DNA of 64,000 nucleotides from Candidatus Nanopelagicales bacterium. GTDB lineage: Bacteria > Actinomycetota > Actinomycetes > S36-B12. Shown here in pieces: positions 54,602 to 64,000 of this stretch. The position numbers were made by a program, and so were the translations under genes. The notes beneath the pieces were generated by a model. It made no database searches and had not been told where the DNA came from. It saw only the letters and a program-made list of their open reading frames with translations. The number at the start of each line of letters is the position of its first letter. Position 1 is the stretch's first letter. The stretch lies in assembly GCA_049431945.1 (NCBI GenBank), contig JBMTDJ010000001.1, positions 14,106-78,105 on the forward strand, given 5' to 3'.

Positions 54602-55483
54602 TCAGCCGCCCGCGGCCCAGGTGAGGATCGCGGCGAAGACGAAGCCGGCGGCGCCGATGAGGCCGGCCCACGCCTTCACACTGCGGACCGCGATGGGGAT
54701 CATCTCGTTGATGACGACGACGAGGAGGGCACCGGCGGCCACGGACTGGATGATCGCCTGGAGCGAGTCCGACACGCCGTAGAGCAGCGTGTATCCCAGC
54801 GCGGCGAAAACCGCACCGATGATCACGATGAAGGAGAACCTCAGCAGCACCTTGCCCAGCACCATTCCACCTGCAAGGAGCGCGGCCGCGATCCCGATCG
54901 CCTCGGGGATCGCGGCGATGAAGATCGATCCGACCAGGGCCGCGGACACCCCCGCGCTCGCTGTGTGCAGGGTCAGGCCGACCGCGATCGACTCGGGTAC
55001 CCCGTCGATCACCATGCCAATGGTGAGATTGCGCGCCTCCTTGGCCGTAGCTCCATGAGCTGAGCCCGCGCCGTGCGACGAGTCAGCGCCGTGCGACGAG
55101 CCAGCGCCGCGAGACGATGCCGTTCCGTGAGATGCGTCCGCGCCGGCGGCTTCGAGCTCAGCCTCCACCTCAGCCTCGATAGCCACCCCGGGCTGCTCGG
55201 ACTCACCCTTGCGCTCCAGCAGGGCGATGATGCCGAAGTAGATGAGGCAACCGATCCCGATACCGATCGCCGTGGGGAGCGCACCGGCCTCGTCGTAGGA
55301 CACCGAAACAAGGTCCACCGACACGGCCGAGATGACCGCCCCCGCACCAAATGCCATGAGTCCGCCGACGATCGCCGGCCGCTGCAGCCCTGGGAAGCGC
55401 CACACGAGCACCGCACCGACGAGCAGTGCCGACTGAGCCACGGCGCCGAAGAGTGCCGCCTCCATCCAACCGCCGTCAGGCAT
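54602..55483 (-). CDS. ZIP family metal cation transporter
   Basis: Eight hydrophobic helices with a central His/Ser/Gly-rich loop (SHGTASSRGAGSSHGADSSHGAGSAHG) and a ZIP-like helix IV/V (IGMVIDGVPESIAVG). The start is ATG 55483 or 55465. Confidence 0.8.
   Translation of the reverse strand: MPDGGWMEAALFGAVAQSALLVGAVLVWRFPGLQRPAIVGGLMAFGAGAVISAVSVDLVSVSYDEAGALPTAIGIGIGCLIYFGIIALLERKGESEQPGVAIEAEVEAELEAAGADASHGTASSRGAGSSHGADSSHGAGSAHGATAKEARNLTIGMVIDGVPESIAVGLTLHTASAGVSAALVGSIFIAAIPEAIGIAAALLAGGMVLGKVLLRFSFIVIIGAVFAALGYTLLYGVSDSLQAIIQSVAAGALLVVVINEMIPIAVRSVKAWAGLIGAAGFVFAAILTWAAGG
55050..55121 (-). repeat. 18-nt tandem repeat (3-4 units) encoding the His-rich loop of the ZIP transporter
   Basis: Plus-strand units are gcgccgtgcgacgagtca / gcgccgtgcgacgagcca / gcgccgcgagacgatgcc, preceded by a degenerate unit. 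Confidence 0.75.
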
Positions 55484-55492
55484 GGGCGGACG

Positions 55493-56926
55493 CTATACCC
55501 CGCCGCCCTTGCCTCCGCTGCCGATCAGGTGAACTCGCATGCCGTTGGTGGTGCCGGGAATACCGGGAGGCACGCCCGCGACGATGACCACACGGTCGCC
55601 GTAGGTCACGCGCCCAATGTCGAGCAGGGCACGATCCACCTGGACGACCATGTCATCGGTGTGCATGACCGACGGCACCAGGAAGGTCTCGACCCCCCAG
55701 ACCAGGGCGAGCTGGCTGCGCACGCGCGGATTCGGGGTGAAGGCAAGGATCGGCTCTGCAGCCCGCCAGCGTGCGATCAGCCGCGCGGAGGATCCCGTCT
55801 CGGTGAAAGGAATGAGGCTGGCCGCGCTGACCGCCCCCGCGACGTCGACCGCGGCCTTGGTGAGGGCGCGCGCAGTCGATCCCGGCGGATCCGCGGGGAG
55901 CGACGTCAGCCGGTCGAGCGCGTTGTCCTCGACGTGAGCGATGATCCGGGCCATCGTCTCCACGGCGAGGGACGGATGCTCGCCGACGCTGGTCTCCCCC
56001 GACAGCATGAGGGCGTCCGCCCCGTCGAGCACCGCGTTGGCCACGTCGCTCGCCTCGGCCCGGGTCGGCCGAGTGGCCGTCGCCATGGAGTCGAGCATCT
56101 GCGTGGCGACGATCACGGGCTTGGCCGCAACGCGACAGAGTTCGATAGCGCGCTTTTGCACGAGAGGCACTGCCTCCAGCGGGAGTTCCACGCCGAGGTC
56201 CCCGCGCGCGACCATGATGCCGTCGAAGGTCGCGACGATCTCGGCGAGATTGTCGACCGCCTGGGGCTTTTCGACCTTGGCCAGGACGGGGACGCGCACC
56301 CCTTCCTCGTCCATGACCTTGTGGACATCGACGATGTCCGCCGCGGAGCGCACGAAGGACAGGGCAATGAGATCGGCGCCTGCGCGCAGGCCCCAGCGAA
56401 GATCGTCAATGTCCTTCTCCGACAGCGCTGGCACGCTCACCGCGACGCCGGGAAGATTGAGACCCTTGTTGTCCGACACCCGACCGCCTTCGACCACGCG
56501 GGTCACGACGCGCGATCCATCGACCGCCGTGACCTCGAGAGCGACGCGCCCGTCGTCGATCAGGATGGTGTCGCCGGCCGCGACGTCACCGGGCAGGCCG
56601 GAGTAGGTCGTCGAGACCATGTCGCGATCGCCTGGCACGTCGTCGGTCGTGATGGTGAAGGTGTCGCCCGCGCCCAGCAGCACCGGGCCGGAGGCGAATC
56701 GCCCCAGGCGGATCTTGGGCCCCTGAAGGTCGACGAGGATGCCGATCGCTCGGCCGGAGACATCGCTCGCACGCCGCACGTGCTCGTAGACATCGCTGTG
56801 ATCGGCGTAGGTCCCGTGGCTGAGGTTGAGTCGCGCGACGTCCATCCCCGCTTCGACCAAGCCCAGGATCTGCTCATAGGAGGTCGTGGCCGGCCCGAGC
56901 GTGGCGACGATCTTGGCGCGGCGCAT
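55493..56926 (-). CDS. pyk: Pyruvate kinase
   Basis: MRRAKIVATLGPAT...MVARGDLGVE... 477 aa. Confidence 0.96.
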   Translation of the reverse strand: MRRAKIVATLGPATTSYEQILGLVEAGMDVARLNLSHGTYADHSDVYEHVRRASDVSGRAIGILVDLQGPKIRLGRFASGPVLLGAGDTFTITTDDVPGDRDMVSTTYSGLPGDVAAGDTILIDDGRVALEVTAVDGSRVVTRVVEGGRVSDNKGLNLPGVAVSVPALSEKDIDDLRWGLRAGADLIALSFVRSAADIVDVHKVMDEEGVRVPVLAKVEKPQAVDNLAEIVATFDGIMVARGDLGVELPLEAVPLVQKRAIELCRVAAKPVIVATQMLDSMATATRPTRAEASDVANAVLDGADALMLSGETSVGEHPSLAVETMARIIAHVEDNALDRLTSLPADPPGSTARALTKAAVDVAGAVSAASLIPFTETGSSARLIARWRAAEPILAFTPNPRVRSQLALVWGVETFLVPSVMHTDDMVVQVDRALLDIGRVTYGDRVVIVAGVPPGIPGTTNGMRVHLIGSGGKGGGV

Positions 56927-56980
56927 GCATCTCCTCCGGCAGTGAAGTCAAGGACGGTATGTAAGCGGGTACAGCCAGGA

Positions 56981-58424
56981 CTACACCGTAAGGGGTCGTG
57001 CTGAGGCCGGGATAGGCGAGGGCAGGTTTGTGGCTCCCGTGAGGAAGCGATCGACCGCGGACGCCGCTGCGCGCCCCTCGGCGATCGCCCACACGATGAG
57101 GGACTGGCCGCGGCCCGCATCGCCGGCGACGAAGACCCCCTCGATCGAGGTGGCGTAGTCATCCGCACGCGCGATCGAGCCCCGATCGGTGACCTCAAGG
57201 CCGAGATCCTCGACCAGGCCCCCGGTCTCCGGACCGGTGAAGCCCATCGCGAGGAAGACCAGATCTGCGGGAATCACGCGAGCACTCCCCTCCACTGGCG
57301 TTGGTCCCCCGCCGCTCCAGTCGACATCGAGGAGCCTCAACCCGGTGAGGGTGCCACCGGAGCCGACGAACTCCTCCGTCGATACTGCAAAGACGCGATC
57401 GCCACCCTCCTCGTGGGCGCTGGACACCCGATAGACCATCGGGTACGTCGGCCACGGCTGAGCGGAGGGGCGATGGTCCGGAGGCGTCGGCATGATCTCG
57501 AGCTGCGTGACCGAAGCAGCACCCTGGCGGTGCGCGGTGCCGAGGCAGTCGGCTCCGGTGTCGCCGCCGCCGATGATGACGACGTGCTTGCCCGCTGCGT
57601 CAATGGGGGCCTGCTCGATGTCGCCTTCCTGCACGCGGTTGGCGCCGGGGAGATACTCCATCGCCTGGTAGACGCCGGAGAGCTCACGTCCTGGGATGGT
57701 GAGGTCGCGCCAACGCGTCGCGCCCATCGCCAGCACGATCGCGTCGTACCTCTTGCGCAAATCCGCGATGCTGATGTCCACCCCGACCTCGACACCGGGG
57801 CGGAACTTCACGCCCTCCTGCACCATCTGGCGAACGCGACGATCGAGGTGGGCCTTTTCCATCTTGAACTCGGGGATGCCGTAGCGCAGCAGTCCTCCGA
57901 TGCGGTCGGCTCGCTCGTAGACAACGACCGTATGACCCGTGCGCGCGAGTTGCTGTGCTGCGGCGAGGCCGGCCGGACCTGAGCCGACGATCGCGATCGC
58001 CTTGCCGGTGGAGTGATCGGCAGGCTGGGGCTCGACCCAGCCGGAGTCCCAAGCCCGGTCGATGATCGACACCTCGACCTGCTTGATGGTCACCGGGTCG
58101 GCATTGATGCCCAGCACGCACGCCGTCTCGCACGGAGCAGGGCACAGTCGCCCCGTGAACTCGGGGAAGTTGTTGGTGGCGTGCAGACGCTCGGACGCCG
58201 CGCGCCAGTCCTCGCGCCACACCAGGTCGTTCCACTCCGGGATGAGATTGCCCAGAGGGCAGCCGTTGTGGCAGAAGGGGATGCCGCAGTCCATGCAGCG
58301 CCCGGCCTGGTCGCGGAGTCTCTCGGCAGCGAACGGCTCGTAGACCTCGCGCCAGTCCATGAGACGCAGGTCGACCGGTCGCCGCGTCGGTGTCTCGCGC
58401 GGGGTGTTGAGAAATCCACGGGGA

Positions 58425-58432
<8 letters not shown>
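56981..58432 (-). CDS. gltD: Glutamate synthase small subunit
   Basis: VADPRGFL N-terminus, Cys clusters (CMDCGIPFC...GCPLGN) and [15 protein letters not shown] 58432 overlaps the gltB end by 8 nt. The track ORF starts at 58453. Confidence 0.93.
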
Positions 58433-62993
<4,561 letters not shown>

Positions 62994-63001
62994 GTCGATC
63001 G

Positions 63002-63019
63002 GCCCCGCGGGAGCGGGGC
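63002..63019 (-). promoter_or_regulatory. GC hairpin 8 nt upstream of the gltB start
   Basis: Minus-strand RNA is GCCCCGC-UCCC-GCGGGGC, then CGAUCGAC-GUG. The only SD-like G-run lies in the 3' arm. Confidence 0.3.
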
Positions 63020-63050
63020 GATGACGGGACGCCGTTGGCCCGTGGATCCG

Positions 63051-63056
63051 ACCCTA
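63051..63056 (-). promoter_or_regulatory. -10-like TAGGGT upstream of gltB
   Basis: The minus strand reads CCCCTGCTAGGGTCGGATCC, about 58 nt before the gltB GTG. Confidence 0.3.
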
Positions 63057-63085
63057 GCAGGGGTCCGGAGTGGACGCCCGGGGTC

Positions 63086-64000
63086 TTAGCGGACCAGCGT
63101 TCTGCGGATCCCGCTCGTGGCGACGACCTTCGTCCCCGACTTGGCGATGACGCGCCACTCGTACGTGCGACCGGCGGGCGCCGAGCGAGGGATGACGATC
63201 GGGAAGCTGTAGTGGCCCTTGGCCTTCACCGCGGATGTCCCCTTGGACTTCCAGGAAGTCCCATCCCATCGCACCTGGTAGGTCACCGTCGTCGCCGACC
63301 CCGCGGGAGTCACGCGGCCACGCAGCACCGACTCCTCACCCGACTTCAGGCTGATGCCCGGACAGCGCAGGCGCACGCGGGCCTTGCTCGCGCGGGTCTC
63401 CGCGGCCGTGGCAGCCGCAGTCCGCCCTCCGGCGGTCACGAGCGTCATGTTGGGCTCGCAGTCGGCGGTCACTCCCCCCGCTGCGGCACGCTGACAGGCG
63501 CCGCCCTGCACGTTGCCGCCATTCCAGACCTGTCGGTAGCAGTTGCGCAGCGCGAGCTGGCCCCAGAAGTTCGGGTGCAGAGACTCCTGCTGGTACGTCT
63601 CGAAGGCGTTGATGATGTTGATCTCCATCACCCACTCGCTGCGGTCTGCCGCACCCTGGTCCTGCCAGTTGGCGACACCGCCATCAGTGCCCACCCGGGA
63701 GACTGCGTCGTGGCAGAGCTGGCGCCCACCGAAAGCGCGCGAGGAATCCATGACCTCCACTCGCAGGGAGGGCCGCTGCGCCTGGGCCTGCAGGGCAGCA
63801 GTCATGAAGGTGTCATTGACGAGTGGCAGGAGCGTGGCGGCCGCCCAGTCCAGGTCGGCATTGCCGAATCCACATCCGCCTAGGGTCTGACGCAGCACGT
63901 CGTACCTCATGTCACCAGCCACGGGAAGCGGCTGCGGGTAGAGCTGCAGGACGAGGGTCCAATCAGCGTCCGCGTAGCCGGCCTTCTCCATCGCCGAAGC
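63086..64000 (-). CDS. Secreted SGNH/GDSL-type hydrolase with a C-terminal beta-rich (Ig-like) domain, 5' end outside the window
   Basis: The frame is open to the window edge. Block V-like ESLHPN with conserved Cys pairs, as in Streptomyces-type SGNH esterases. The C-terminal ~100 aa are beta-strand rich (TVTYQVRWDGTSWKSKG...YEWRVIAKSG). Confidence 0.7.
   Translation of the reverse strand, partial: ASAMEKAGYADADWTLVLQLYPQPLPVAGDMRYDVLRQTLGGCGFGNADLDWAAATLLPLVNDTFMTAALQAQAQRPSLRVEVMDSSRAFGGRQLCHDAVSRVGTDGGVANWQDQGAADRSEWVMEINIINAFETYQQESLHPNFWGQLALRNCYRQVWNGGNVQGGACQRAAAGGVTADCEPNMTLVTAGGRTAAATAAETRASKARVRLRCPGISLKSGEESVLRGRVTPAGSATTVTYQVRWDGTSWKSKGTSAVKAKGHYSFPIVIPRSAPAGRTYEWRVIAKSGTKVVATSGIRRTLVR

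Noticed and set aside
56927-56980. Possible third copy of the palindromic element (contains CCGTAAGGGGTCG)
   Set aside because: Only the TAAGGGG core matches. There are no ATCGACG/CGTCGAT arms and no flanking TCCGCC/GGCGGA.
55073-57004. 643-aa plus-strand ORF
   Set aside because: Antisense to the ZIP transporter and pyk; same shadow-frame composition.

Overview
This is a very GC-rich actinobacterial chromosome segment. It is almost fully coding (about 58 genes, mostly on the minus strand) and dominated by conserved housekeeping synteny.

nt 1-43165 follows the gene order I recall from Mycobacterium, Corynebacterium and Streptomyces: (helicase tail)-rrf2-tauE-nei, clgR-cinA-pgsA-rimO-ftsK, rnj-dapA-thyX, dapB, pepR-pnp-rpsO-ribF, truB-rbfA-DUF503-infB-ylxR-nusA-rimP, proS, ispG-rip1-dxr. 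Small accessory inserts interrupt it: a GNAT, an AGPS-like FAD oxidase with glpD and azlCD, a secreted hydrolase-like protein, an orphan nucleotide-sugar dehydrogenase, and HAD plus a second TauE.

nt 43162-54464 is a gap-free pyrimidine operon: pyrR-pyrB-pyrC-membrane protein-carA-carB-pyrK-pyrD-pyrF, ending in an in-frame mIHF-guanylate kinase fusion. After it come a ZIP transporter, pyk, gltBD and a window-truncated secreted SGNH hydrolase.

I found no rRNA, tRNA, CRISPR, transposase/integrase or recognisable defence or toxin genes. I do not see a convincing novel multi-gene system. The best leads are all modest:
- (i) A ~67-nt three-arm palindromic element occurs twice (302-368 and 37230-37297), ~80% identical, each just after a stop codon.
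- (ii) The mIHF-Gmk fusion, and the CTAG stop-codon collision with gabT at a synteny junction.
- (iii) ATGA-chained mini-ORFs abut a 13-bp hairpin in front of infB.
- (iv) A Cys-less Rrf2 regulator, a perfect 16-bp palindrome and a TauE exporter are wedged into lhr-nei, with nei overlapping the tauE stop.
- (v) A PyrR-box hairpin sits next to the pyrR Shine-Dalgarno (SD) sequence.

Many long ORFs in the track are antisense shadows of real genes and were rejected. All homology statements come from motif recognition by eye and remembered synteny, not database searches. Start codons are often my own choice within the track ORFs.
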